Origin: an uncultured Armatimonadetes bacterium
GTDB taxonomy: Bacteria > Armatimonadota > UBA5829 > DTJY01
Direction of reading: 5' to 3'
Assembly: GCA_963717145.1 (NCBI GenBank)
Contig: OY970325.1
Coordinates: forward strand, 1,696,001-1,760,000
Length of the DNA stretch: 64,000 nucleotides
Shown here: positions 42,779 to 52,118 of the stretch, piece after piece
How positions within the stretch are numbered: position 1 is the first letter of the stretch
Layout of the letters: each line of letters begins with the position of its first letter
Notes under the pieces: model-generated
Told to the model about the DNA's origin: nothing
Database searches by the model: none
What the model saw: the letters and a program-made list of their open reading frames with translations, nothing else
Made by a program: the position numbers and the translations under genes

Positions 42779-44107
42779 TCACCTCCGAATGTTATCCTCG
42801 CTCGCGGTCAAATCGTAGTGCGTCGCTTCCGTGACGGTCGCTTGAACGATCTCGCCCGGAGCGGCGCACGATCCATGAACGTACACGACTCCATCTATGT
42901 CAGGCGCATCGCGATGGGATCTACCAATCCGCATATCCCCATCGATGCGCTCGATCAAGACCTGAATTCTACTACCCACAAGTGCGCGGTTATTCTCCAG
43001 CGAGATGCCCTGCTGCAAGGCCATCAGTTTGCGAAGTCGGCTCTTCGCCGTCTTCGAGGGAACCCTTCCCGGCAGTTCCGATGCGGGAGTCCCGTCCTCC
43101 CTGGAGTACTCGAACGCGCCCATCCGGTCGAACCGCATCTCGGCGACAAACTCCGCCAACTCCTCGAACTCCGCCTCGGTCTCGCCGGGGAATCCGACGA
43201 TGAACGTCGTCCGAAACGCCACCGACGGGCAGGCGTCTCTGATCCGCGCGATCAGGTCGCGGTACTCGGGCCCGCTGCCCGGACGCCGCATCGCCCGCAG
43301 GATCCGCTCCGAGCAATGCTGGAGCGGGATGTCCACGTACTTGCAGACCTTGTCGTTCCCGGCGATCGTCCGAATCAACTCGTCCGTGACCCGGCTCGGG
43401 TACAGGTATAGCAGCCGAATCCGGTCGATTCCCTGGATCTCCGACAGCCGATCGAGTAGTCCCGGAAGCGCCAGACGCCCGTACATATCGAGCCCATAGC
43501 GGGTGACATCCTGTGCCACCAGATTGATCTCCCGAACCCCCTGGCCCGCCAGTCCCCGCACCTCCGAGATGATGCTCTCTTCGGGACGGCTGGCGAATCC
43601 CCCGCGGATGTCGGGGATCGCGCAGTACGAGCACCTGTTGTCGCACCCGTCGGCGACTCGGACGTATGCCGTCCAGGGCGCGGTCGAGAGTACCCGACTC
43701 CGGCTCTCGGTCCACCAGGAGGTCGGCCTATCGAGGCTCAGCACGCGATTGCCACCGAGCGTCCGACCGATCACGTCCGCGATCTCGCCACTGTGCCCGA
43801 CGCCGATGAACGCATCGGCCTCCGGGATCTCCTCCGCCAACTCTGCGCCGTATCGCTGAGCCAGGCAGCCGGTCACTATCACTGAACGGCAAGCGCCATC
43901 CGTTTTGAAGCGAATGGCGTCGAGTACCGCGTCGATCGATTCGTGTTTCGCGCTCACGATGAAGCCGCAGGTGTTGACGATCAGCACATCCGCCAGCCCC
44001 GGATCAGTCTCGATCACATGCCCCGCCTTCACGGCTTCACCGAGTATCTCCTCAGCATCGATGGTGTTCTTCGGACACCCGAGGCTGATAAGTCCTATCT
44101 TTGCCAT
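42779..44107 (-). CDS. rimO: Ribosomal protein S12 methylthiotransferase RimO
   Basis: SLGCPKN, VNTCGF, CDNRCSYC, C-terminal TRAM (DAPDIDG). Confidence 0.95.
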   Translation of the reverse strand: MAKIGLISLGCPKNTIDAEEILGEAVKAGHVIETDPGLADVLIVNTCGFIVSAKHESIDAVLDAIRFKTDGACRSVIVTGCLAQRYGAELAEEIPEADAFIGVGHSGEIADVIGRTLGGNRVLSLDRPTSWWTESRSRVLSTAPWTAYVRVADGCDNRCSYCAIPDIRGGFASRPEESIISEVRGLAGQGVREINLVAQDVTRYGLDMYGRLALPGLLDRLSEIQGIDRIRLLYLYPSRVTDELIRTIAGNDKVCKYVDIPLQHCSERILRAMRRPGSGPEYRDLIARIRDACPSVAFRTTFIVGFPGETEAEFEELAEFVAEMRFDRMGAFEYSREDGTPASELPGRVPSKTAKSRLRKLMALQQGISLENNRALVGSRIQVLIERIDGDMRIGRSHRDAPDIDGVVYVHGSCAAPGEIVQATVTEATHYDLTASEDNIRR

Positions 44108-44134
44108 GCTGTTACGAACCAAGGATCCGCTAGT

Positions 44135-44252
44135 CCTGAGTATGCCGGTGAATGACGGCATGTAACGAAGGACGGTGGCGACGACTCCACCCAACCCTCG
44201 GTTCTCCGCAGCCGCCCTTCGTTACATGCCGTCATTCACCGGCATACTCAGG
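44135..44252. repeat. Long intergenic palindrome between ftsK and rimO
   Basis: Perfect 37-bp arms CCTGAGTATGCCGGTGAATGACGGCATGTAACGAAGG. Confidence 0.85.
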
Positions 44253-44280
44253 GCTGACGGGGTTCCACACTCATGACCCC

Positions 44281-46563
44281 TCACTTCTCCTCGTCTTCCT
44301 CCACGAACTCGTCTTCTTCGACCGGCTCGTCGTTCAGTCCGTCCTGGAACATCGGAGTGCCGAACATGCGGTCCACATCGTCTATGCTCACGAGAACATC
44401 GCGGGGTTTCGCCCCATCAGGCGGACCGACGAGCCCCTGCTCTTCCATCGCATCCACCAGGCGCGCCGCCCGCGTGTACCCGATCCTGAATTTCCGCTGA
44501 ATCATCGAGGTCGACGCGTACCCATTGCTCACGATCAAGCGAACCGCGGGCTCGTACATCTCGTCGGCCATGACGTCTTCCTGACCGCCGGCCCGACCGC
44601 CGCCCTCACCGACCTGGAGCGCCTCGATGGTGTAATCCGGCGTCTCCTGCTCCTTCAGATACTTTACCAGGTCCTCGGTCTCCTTCTCGCTGATCCAAGT
44701 CCCCTGGATGCGCATCGGCTTGCTGGCGTCGATCGGCTTGAAGAGCATGTCCCCGCGCCCGATGAGCCTCTCCGCGCCGTTCCCATCGAGAATCGTGCGG
44801 CTGTCGATGTGCGACGTGACCGCGAACGCGATTCGCGACGATATGTTCGCCTTGATCGTGCCGGTGATGACGTCGACCGACGGGCGCTGAGTCGCGATCA
44901 CGAGATGGATCCCTGTCGCGCGGGCCAACTGCGCGAGTCGGCAGATCGCAAACTCGACCTCCGGCGCGGACTGCATCATCAGGTCGGAAAGCTCGTCGAC
45001 AACGATCACCAGGTACGGTATCTTCTGCTCGGGCTTGACCTTCGCATTGTAACTGTCAAAGTTTCGCGCGCCAACCTGCACAAATAGATCGTATCTATGC
45101 TCCATCTCCTTCAGAGCCGCGCGGAGTATCCCGGCGGCCTGGCGAGCATCCCTTACGACCGGCGAGCACAGATGCGGTATCCCGTCGAACAGGCTCAGCT
45201 CCACGCGCTTCGGGTCGATCAGGATGAACTTCACCTCGCGCGGAGTCGCCCGGAAGAGCAGGCTTGCGATGAGCGAGTTCAGGCACACGCTCTTCCCCGC
45301 GTTCGTCGCGCCGGCAATGAGCATGTGCGGCATCTTCGTCAGGTCCGCGTACCTCGTCTGGCCGGCGACATCCTTCCCGAGCGCGAAGGTCAGCTTGGTC
45401 GGCGCGTTCCAGAACTCCTCCGTGTCGAGGACCTCCCGCAGCGAAACGATCGCCGGATTGCTGTTCGGCACCTCGACGCCGATCGCCGACTTGCCCGGGA
45501 TCGGGGCCTCCACGCGTACGTCGATCGCCGCCAGCGCCATCGCCAGGTTGTCGGCGAGGCTCACGATCTTGTTGACCTTGATGCCCGGCGCGAGTTGGAT
45601 CTCGTACCGAGTGACCGTCGGACCGTGTGCGATCTCGACGACATCGGCGTCTATCTTGAATTCCTCGAGCGTTCGCTCGATGATGTCGATCTTGTAGTTA
45701 AGCTCGGCCTCGACGCGCTTCGGCGGCGGCGGTGGCTCACTCAGTAGCGTGATCGGCGGGAGCGTGAAATCCGAGTCGGAGTGGACCACCTGCTGCTTCG
45801 ACGGCTTGACGGCCGGCGGCGGAGTCGGCATCTTCACGACAACCGCTCCCTTCGGCCGGTCCTCACCGTTTTCGTCCTTCGAGCCCAGAAGCAGCCTGCG
45901 CTTCAGGATGCTCAGCGGCTCGGCTTTCGGCTTGCCCCGGACTTGATCCGGGGTATCCTCATCAGCGACGGCAAGCCGCCGCTTCTTGTCATCCAGGCCG
46001 ACGATCTTCTTCTTTGCCTGCTTCTCATCGCTCCCACGGAACAGCGCGATCACCGGGCTGACGAACGCCATGAACGGCACGCCGGTGATCAGAATCATCG
46101 CGACGACCATCCCGCCGGTGAGCACGATATAGCTGCACACACGCCCGAGCGCGCGGTCCATCATGTACGCAAGACCGAGGCCGAGGTACCCGCCCCCGCG
46201 CTGGAGGTCGAGGATCGGCATCGTCTCACGGCTCGCCAATTCCCTCAGATCGGGCGTATGGATGAACTGGCAGCCGCTGATGAAGGCTACGAACAGGACC
46301 GAGAACCCGATGATCGCATTAGTGGTCGTCGTTCGCTGCGAGCCGGCGAGCAGGATGCATCCCACAAACACGAAGAGGGCCGGCACGATGAACGCACCAA
46401 GACCCACCAGGCTCCTCAGCAGCGTCCCGACAAACCGTGGGAATGCGCCGCTGTTCGGGGCGACGATTCCGACCAGAAGCACGATGCCGAGGGTGATCAA
46501 GCCCACGGCCACGATATCCTGAATGAGGGGATCGGGATCGGGTTGCCTACGTTTTCTCGCCAT
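44281..46563 (-). CDS. ftsK: DNA translocase FtsK/SpoIIIE
   Basis: N-terminal TM helices, GATNAGKS, IDPKRVEL, ATQRPSVDVITG, gamma domain IGYTRAAR. Confidence 0.97.
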   Translation of the reverse strand: MARKRRQPDPDPLIQDIVAVGLITLGIVLLVGIVAPNSGAFPRFVGTLLRSLVGLGAFIVPALFVFVGCILLAGSQRTTTTNAIIGFSVLFVAFISGCQFIHTPDLRELASRETMPILDLQRGGGYLGLGLAYMMDRALGRVCSYIVLTGGMVVAMILITGVPFMAFVSPVIALFRGSDEKQAKKKIVGLDDKKRRLAVADEDTPDQVRGKPKAEPLSILKRRLLLGSKDENGEDRPKGAVVVKMPTPPPAVKPSKQQVVHSDSDFTLPPITLLSEPPPPPKRVEAELNYKIDIIERTLEEFKIDADVVEIAHGPTVTRYEIQLAPGIKVNKIVSLADNLAMALAAIDVRVEAPIPGKSAIGVEVPNSNPAIVSLREVLDTEEFWNAPTKLTFALGKDVAGQTRYADLTKMPHMLIAGATNAGKSVCLNSLIASLLFRATPREVKFILIDPKRVELSLFDGIPHLCSPVVRDARQAAGILRAALKEMEHRYDLFVQVGARNFDSYNAKVKPEQKIPYLVIVVDELSDLMMQSAPEVEFAICRLAQLARATGIHLVIATQRPSVDVITGTIKANISSRIAFAVTSHIDSRTILDGNGAERLIGRGDMLFKPIDASKPMRIQGTWISEKETEDLVKYLKEQETPDYTIEALQVGEGGGRAGGQEDVMADEMYEPAVRLIVSNGYASTSMIQRKFRIGYTRAARLVDAMEEQGLVGPPDGAKPRDVLVSIDDVDRMFGTPMFQDGLNDEPVEEDEFVEEDEEK

Positions 46564-46583
46564 GGGAAAGCCTCATGAGGCAG

Positions 46584-46613
46584 ATTATAGCAGGAAATCT
46601 CCACCCCGGTCAA
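46584..46613 (-). promoter_or_regulatory. sigma70 promoter of ftsK
   Basis: TTGACC-N18-TATAAT with TG extension. Confidence 0.65.
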
Positions 46614-46629
46614 GAAAAGCGCGACCGGC

Positions 46630-48062
46630 GGGTGGAATTCCTCAGAGTGGGTAGAGCACGGCTCAGGCGGCACGTGCTGCGTGCTCGATCCGAGCCAGTT
46701 CGCCGCTTAGGAGGGCAGTTCTCACCGCGAGCACTGCATCTGCGCCGTCCTTCGTCCATCGCATCCCGGCTTGCTTTAACCTCTGGCCTACTATCACCTT
46801 GCACGCCGCTTCCACCGGACCGCTGCCTATCATCATCCCCTTGGCCCTGTATGCCGGGTAGTTCATGTACTTGCGGTACTTTCTGAAGTAGCCTGTCTCG
46901 ATCCGAAGCGCTTCCCTCTCAGAATCGTTTCGTGCTCTGCGCCGCTTCATGGCTCTAAGCAGACTCCCCGGCCCCTTCTCTTTAAGCTTCCGGCAGTGTT
47001 CGTTTGCCCAGCGCTTCCCTTTGGGATTCCCCTCTCCGTAGAGTGTCCGCGCCAAGCCGTATATGTGCTCACAGGCATGCCAGTAGTCGATGATCTTGAT
47101 GCTCTCCGGCAGATGATTCCTGACCTCTCTCCATATCCAGTCTGCGCCGTCGGCGATCACTATACGCTCTTTTGCCCCGTCATAGCCGGCTTGCAGTGCT
47201 CTGGTGTATACCCGTCTCCCGAACTCGTCGCTCGTCTCTTGCGCCGCTATGTAGCGCGAGTTGGTGACGGTATCCGTGTCTTTGCCTGCAGCCGGAACGC
47301 CTTCGTATACCACCATGGTCTTGATGTCATGCCACTGGCCATCGGTGTGCGCTTTGGCCGCGTCTATGCCAATGTAGAGCCTCTGTGGCGTCGCCTCGCA
47401 GGAGACCTCTTCACCTGTGTCTACCACAGAGATGATCGCTTCCTGCTCCTCTCGGCGGAGGCATTCCCCAACATCCCGGACTATCTCTTCTTCGCTGCTC
47501 TCTTCGATCGCAATACCCGTGGTTCGCTCGATCAGCCTTGCGGCTGCTTCATATGGAAGCGCGGCGCAGATCGAGGCGGTGAGTTCCTTCACTCTGGCGG
47601 TCCATACTCTCTCGGACAGCCCCTGCTCGCGGTCCCATGGAATGTAGCCCCGCCTGCAATGGTCGCAACGGTAGTATGACCTCTCGACCTCTATGTCTCC
47701 GTGCAAAGTCCGAATGAAGCGTTTCCGGTATCCCTTGAACCTGGCCAGTCTGCCGCATTCGCATTCTATCCCAACACCCTTGTAGGTGGGCTTTCCGCTC
47801 ATCTTGGCGGCAACCTCACTCATCATTGCGCCGGCAATCTGACGCGCCAGGATCTGAATACGCTCCTCGGCTGACCCTAAGTCCGTGCAATCGATGTAGC
47901 TACGCGCAAAGTCGCGAGCGGCCTGAAGGAGGGAGTCTGTGTGCAAAAGTGTAAGCATTCTCTGGGAGTCTCCTTTCGGAATGTTTGTCCTTCAACAAAC
48001 CATTACCGACTATTACAGGAGACTCCTTCCTTACTTGCTACCCACTCAACGCGAATGCACCC
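46630..48062 (-). mobile_element. Insertion sequence, ISKra4/ISLre2-like (1433 bp)
   Basis: 25-bp imperfect TIRs (GGGTG...GAGTGGGTAG, 18/25 match). 9-bp direct repeat GCGACCGGC at 46621-46629 and 48063-48071. Confidence 0.9.
46663..47958 (-). CDS. DDE transposase (ISKra4/ISLre2-like)
   Basis: YYRCDHC, IGIDA, IADGADWIW, IDYWHACEH, IGSGPVEAACK. Confidence 0.92.
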   Translation of the reverse strand: MLTLLHTDSLLQAARDFARSYIDCTDLGSAEERIQILARQIAGAMMSEVAAKMSGKPTYKGVGIECECGRLARFKGYRKRFIRTLHGDIEVERSYYRCDHCRRGYIPWDREQGLSERVWTARVKELTASICAALPYEAAARLIERTTGIAIEESSEEEIVRDVGECLRREEQEAIISVVDTGEEVSCEATPQRLYIGIDAAKAHTDGQWHDIKTMVVYEGVPAAGKDTDTVTNSRYIAAQETSDEFGRRVYTRALQAGYDGAKERIVIADGADWIWREVRNHLPESIKIIDYWHACEHIYGLARTLYGEGNPKGKRWANEHCRKLKEKGPGSLLRAMKRRRARNDSEREALRIETGYFRKYRKYMNYPAYRAKGMMIGSGPVEAACKVIVGQRLKQAGMRWTKDGADAVLAVRTALLSGELARIEHAARAA

Positions 48063-48073
48063 GCGACCGGCGC

Positions 48074-48142
48074 TTGACGTTGGCGGGGCGGATTGTTACA
48101 ATGCCTAGGACATTGCAGATAAAGTCCGAGGCTTTGTAACAA
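48074..48142 (+). promoter_or_regulatory. sigma70 promoter and inverted-repeat operator of the abiE operon
   Basis: TTGACG-N17-TACAAT. A 19-bp inverted repeat (48093-48111 and 48124-48142, 17/19 match) overlaps the -10. Confidence 0.75.
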
Positions 48143-48745
48143 ATGGCTAAGTCATACGTCAGTACCATCCTTCGGATGGCTAGAGAGAAGCGGGTGATAC
48201 GGCCCCGAGATCTTGAAGCCGAAGGAATACCTCGCACCTATCTCACCAGACTCACCGAGAAGGGGGCTCTGACACGCACGGCGCGCGGAATGTACGCCCT
48301 GCCGGAAACGGAGATCACCGAACTCCATGATCTCGTTGAAGCAGCTCGCCAGATACCTAAGGGGATCATCTGTCTTCTTTCCGCACTGCGTTTCTATGAT
48401 CTGACCACCCAAAACCCCTTCGAGGTCTGGATGGCAATAGGCAAGAAACAATGGACGCCAAAGGTAGAGTATCCCAGTATGCGGTTCATTCGCAGCTCCG
48501 GAGCAGTTCTGGAGTACGGCATCACAGAGCACGAGATCGAAGGGGTTGGCCTCCGGGTCTACAGCCCGGCCAAAACCGTTGCCGACTGCTTCAAGTATCG
48601 AAACAAGATCGGCCTCGATGTTGCACTCGAGGCCCTTCGCGACTGCTGGAGGCAACGGAAGGCGACAATGGACGAGATATGGGCAGCGGCCAAGATCTGC
48701 CGGGTTGCAAACATCATGAGGCCCTATCTGGAGTCGCTCACATGA
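48143..48745 (+). CDS. abiEi: Type IV toxin-antitoxin AbiEi family antitoxin
   Basis: wHTH R.ARGMY, ICLLSALRFYDLTTQ, PAKTVADCFKYRNKIGLDVALEAL. Confidence 0.9.
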   Translation: MAKSYVSTILRMAREKRVIRPRDLEAEGIPRTYLTRLTEKGALTRTARGMYALPETEITELHDLVEAARQIPKGIICLLSALRFYDLTTQNPFEVWMAIGKKQWTPKVEYPSMRFIRSSGAVLEYGITEHEIEGVGLRVYSPAKTVADCFKYRNKIGLDVALEALRDCWRQRKATMDEIWAAAKICRVANIMRPYLESLT

Positions 48746-49677
48746 GTGACAAACCAGTGAAGGATACTCCGGCATCCATTCGGCAGCGACTTCTGAACCT
48801 GCGTGGTGAGATTGGTGAGAACTTCATGCTCATCCTCAACCGGTATGCGCGCGAGAGGCTGCTGTATCGAATCGGCATCTCTGCGCATAGTGAACGTTTC
48901 GTGCTGAAAGGCGCTACTCTCCTCACTGCATGGGATGATCAACCGCACCGGATGACGCAGGACATCGATCTCCTGGCATCGGGCGCGAGTGCCATCCCGG
49001 AACTCATTCGGCTCTTCCAGGAGATCAGCTCCGTGCAAGCAGCCGATGACGGACTGCGCTATCCTGCCGATGAGATCACCGGCGAGGAGATCAGAGAGGA
49101 TCAGGTATACGGCGGCATCAGGATCAGGCTAAGCGCATATCTTGGCAAGATGCGCATTCCCCTCCAGGTCGATATCGGATTCGGCGACGCCATAACCCCC
49201 GGGCCAGTGGAGGTTAGCCTTCCATCACTCCTCGACTTACCCTCCCCGAGATTGCGAGCGTATCCACGCGAAACCGTCATTGCCGAGAAGACCCAGGCCA
49301 TGGTGGCTCTGGGCATGGCGAATAGCAGGATGAAGGACTTCTATGACCTTTGGTTCCTGGCCCAAAACCATGAGTTTGACGGTCGTGTCCTGTCCGAGGC
49401 CTTGAGTGCAACGTTCGCAAGACGTCGCACGGTGATGCCGCAAGATGTGCCGATAGGACTTTCCGAGGAGTTCGGCGCAGACGAGAGCAAGCGCGTGCAA
49501 TGGCGGGCGTTTGCGCGCAAGTCCGGTGTGGGGGCTGATATGCCCGAGTTTGCCGCAGCAATCAAGATCATACGGGAGTTCCTTCTACCACCGATGGACG
49601 CAGCGCGAGAGGATCGTTCCTTTGCTCTGCAGTGGTATTCAGGCAGAGGATGGTCGACCCTGACGGGCAAGGACTGA
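48742..49677 (+). CDS. abiEii: AbiEii/AbiGii nucleotidyltransferase toxin
   Basis: FVLKGA, R.TQDID, DIGFGD, AEK, NSRMKDFYD. ATGA overlap with the antitoxin. Confidence 0.9.
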   Translation: MSDKPVKDTPASIRQRLLNLRGEIGENFMLILNRYARERLLYRIGISAHSERFVLKGATLLTAWDDQPHRMTQDIDLLASGASAIPELIRLFQEISSVQAADDGLRYPADEITGEEIREDQVYGGIRIRLSAYLGKMRIPLQVDIGFGDAITPGPVEVSLPSLLDLPSPRLRAYPRETVIAEKTQAMVALGMANSRMKDFYDLWFLAQNHEFDGRVLSEALSATFARRRTVMPQDVPIGLSEEFGADESKRVQWRAFARKSGVGADMPEFAAAIKIIREFLLPPMDAAREDRSFALQWYSGRGWSTLTGKD

Positions 49678-49689
49678 TGGGTGTGAAGT

Positions 49690-50838
49690 CTAGCCGATCC
49701 TGATTGCTGTCTGATACGCGTCGAGCATGCGGTGGGCCATTTCGGCGGGGCGGAAGCGGCGGGAGTTCTCGACCGCGCAGGCCGAGAACCGGCGGCGGAG
49801 GTCGGTGTCGGTGAGCAGGAGGTCGATCCGGGCGGTGAAGTCGCGGGCGTCGTTCTCGCAGAGGAAGCTGTCCTCACCGTGACGGACCATCTCGGGACTC
49901 CCGCCGGCGTTGACCGCCACGCACGGAAGCCCGGCCGCGAGCGCCTCACCGAGCACGAGGCCCTGGGTCTCCGTGGTCGAGGGGAACACGAAGATGTCGC
50001 CCGCGCAGTATACGCGCCCGACCTTCTCACGCGGGACCATGCCGACCACGATCGCCCGGTCGGAGAGCCCCCGATCGGCGAGTTCCTTCCTCAATCCATC
50101 CTCATACGGCCCGCCGCCGACGAATACCTGACAGAGGCCCGCGTGCTTCTTCGACAGCTCCTCGAACGAATCGAGCAGGAGCGCGAGGTTCTTCTCCCGG
50201 GCCAGTCGCCCCACGCAGAGCAGAACGGTGGCATCACTTGATACGCCCCACTGCTTCCGAACCGCCTCACGGGTCGCCTCGTCCCGCGCGATATCGAGTG
50301 CGTTCCCGGTCGGCACGACGCTGATCTCCCGACGGACGCCATAGCCGAGGAGGATATCCTTGTTCGCCTGCGAGGGAGTGATCACGAGGTCGCACGAATC
50401 ATAGTACCGGCGGAGCATCCATATCACGGCCGCCCTGCTCCAAGAGACCGGCGCAAGCGGGAAGTAGTGCGTGTATTCGGCGTACTGCGTGTGGTTCGTG
50501 GACACGACCGGTATCCCGAGCCGCCGTCCGAGCCGGAGCCCGGCCCATCCGAGCATGAACGGCGTCTGCGTGTGGATGATGTCGAGCTTCAGGTCGCGCG
50601 CGAGGGAGAGCAGTCCGGGCTTGAAGGGGAACGCGAGCGGGTAGTCGCGGGCCGTCGGCGGGCGGATGGATGGAAACCGGAATACGTTCGGGTCCGTGTC
50701 GCAGTGGCCGTGATATCCCGGCGCGAACACGAACGTCTCGTGGCCAAGCTCCCCGAGGGCGTCCCGGAGCGTCCGGATCGATGTCGTCACGCCGTTGAGT
50801 ATCGGCTCGAAACTCTCGCTGAAGATGGCTATTCGCAA
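49690..50838 (-). CDS. GT4 family glycosyltransferase
   Basis: NGVTTSI, HTQTPF, GRLAREKN, ETQGLVLGEA. Confidence 0.9.
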   Translation of the reverse strand: MRIAIFSESFEPILNGVTTSIRTLRDALGELGHETFVFAPGYHGHCDTDPNVFRFPSIRPPTARDYPLAFPFKPGLLSLARDLKLDIIHTQTPFMLGWAGLRLGRRLGIPVVSTNHTQYAEYTHYFPLAPVSWSRAAVIWMLRRYYDSCDLVITPSQANKDILLGYGVRREISVVPTGNALDIARDEATREAVRKQWGVSSDATVLLCVGRLAREKNLALLLDSFEELSKKHAGLCQVFVGGGPYEDGLRKELADRGLSDRAIVVGMVPREKVGRVYCAGDIFVFPSTTETQGLVLGEALAAGLPCVAVNAGGSPEMVRHGEDSFLCENDARDFTARIDLLLTDTDLRRRFSACAVENSRRFRPAEMAHRMLDAYQTAIRIG

Positions 50839-51173
50839 GCTTCCAGTTGATCTCCTACCTCGATTGCCGCAGCCGAGATGGTACCCGGTCGCAGCTCGAT
50901 GGCATAGGCCGCTTTCGGACAATAGGGCCCGAACCGCCAGGGTGATACGCAGCGCCTGGTACAGAGCACACGCCAATCGCCGTCGACGTACACCACATCG
51001 ATCGCAAACCGCATGAGGAACGTGTGGACCTGATGGACTCCCGGCAGTACGAGCGCTGTGCCCCTGGGTATGTCCTGCCTGCCCATGAGACCGATCAGCC
51101 GCCGGGTGGTGGTATCGGCGACCTCGGCTTCATCGGCAAGTATGGCTCCGGTGCGCTTCATCGTTATCCGCAT
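50829..51173 (-). CDS. DUF192 family protein
   Basis: VADT...RLIGLMGR, VHTFLMRFAIDVVY.D, IEL.PG. Confidence 0.85.
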   Translation of the reverse strand: MRITMKRTGAILADEAEVADTTTRRLIGLMGRQDIPRGTALVLPGVHQVHTFLMRFAIDVVYVDGDWRVLCTRRCVSPWRFGPYCPKAAYAIELRPGTISAAAIEVGDQLEACE

Positions 51174-51193
51174 GGGTATCGTATTCGCCGGTG

Positions 51194-51321
51194 GTAGTCC
51201 GTAGGGGCGATCCTTCAACGGTCGCCCGTCGATGCGAACCAGAGGCGGGCGACCATTGAAGGATCGCCCCTACGGACTACAGCAGGCGGGCGACCGTTGA
51301 AGGATCGCCCCTACGGACTAC
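51194..51321. repeat. REP cluster (GTAGGGGCGATCCTTCAACGGTCGCCC family D): one forward unit and two tandem reverse units
   Basis: Units at 51194-51227, 51247-51280 and 51288-51321. Confidence 0.9.
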
Positions 51322-51341
51322 CGGCCTGCAAAGGAAGGGGA

Positions 51342-51926
51342 TCATTCCTGCGGAAGGCCTGACTGCTGCTCCAGGAATGCCAGCACGTCCGACAGACGGA
51401 ACCGGCGCTGGTTGCCCGCGGTCCGATGATGCGCGATCGCCCCACTGTTCGTATACCGGCGCACGGTCGTCGGGCAGACGTTCAGGATGCGCGCGACCTC
51501 CTCCAGTGAAAGGATCGGATCGACCAGCCGCTGGATGAGTTCCTCGCGCGACTCCTTGAAGGTCTTGTACGACGAACCGGCGATCTCGCGCTCCCCGATC
51601 GACTCGGTCTTCAGATCGACCGGCAGGCGCTTCCTGAGGTTCACCGCCTTCGCAACGGTCTTGGTGTCCACACGAGGTTCGGGCGCCGGCTTCGGCGTCG
51701 CAGGCGGCTCCACGGCCTGCGCGGGCGGCGCGGGTCTTTCCGGCGCGGGACGTTCGACTCGGAGGAAGGCGGGCACGTCCTCCTCCTCGGCCCTCATCGT
51801 CGGCTGCTCGACAGGCGCGGGCGGAGCGATCTCCTCCTGCACCTTCGGCTCCGGTCCCCTCGGAGAATCCTGCAGGTCGTGCTCCTGCTCTTCGAGATAA
51901 CGTGTCCAATCCTGTAGACTGCGCAT
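51342..51926 (-). CDS. Excisionase/BldC-like HTH DNA-binding protein with Pro-rich N-terminus
   Basis: LSLEEVARILNVCPTTVRRYTNSG...RTAGNQRRFRLSDV. Confidence 0.85.
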   Translation of the reverse strand: MRSLQDWTRYLEEQEHDLQDSPRGPEPKVQEEIAPPAPVEQPTMRAEEEDVPAFLRVERPAPERPAPPAQAVEPPATPKPAPEPRVDTKTVAKAVNLRKRLPVDLKTESIGEREIAGSSYKTFKESREELIQRLVDPILSLEEVARILNVCPTTVRRYTNSGAIAHHRTAGNQRRFRLSDVLAFLEQQSGLPQE

Positions 51927-51951
51927 GGAATACCCCCCTTTGAGGAGTGAG

Positions 51952-52101
51952 AAGCACGAAATTCGAAGCTCGAAATTCGAAACAAATCCGAAACCGGAAA
52001 TCCAGAAAAGCAGACTGCCTACCGACTGAATGATCTCCCAGTTTGGCCCTTTTTCTCCATTTGCCTCTTGTTTCGAGTTTCGCGCTTCGAGTTTCGTGCT
52101 T
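51952..52101. repeat. Inverted sets of CGAAATT-type heptamer repeats
   Basis: 51952-51985 is complementary to 52068-52101. Confidence 0.7.
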
Positions 52102-52118
52102 TTTCTGACTCTTGCTCC

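Noticed and set aside
51194-51321. CRISPR array
   Set aside because: Only two direct copies separated by a few bases, a third copy is inverted, there are no unique spacers and no cas genes. It fits REPs.
51342-51926. Prophage or ICE inferred from the excisionase-like gene
   Set aside because: No integrase, att site or phage genes. The neighbours are housekeeping genes.
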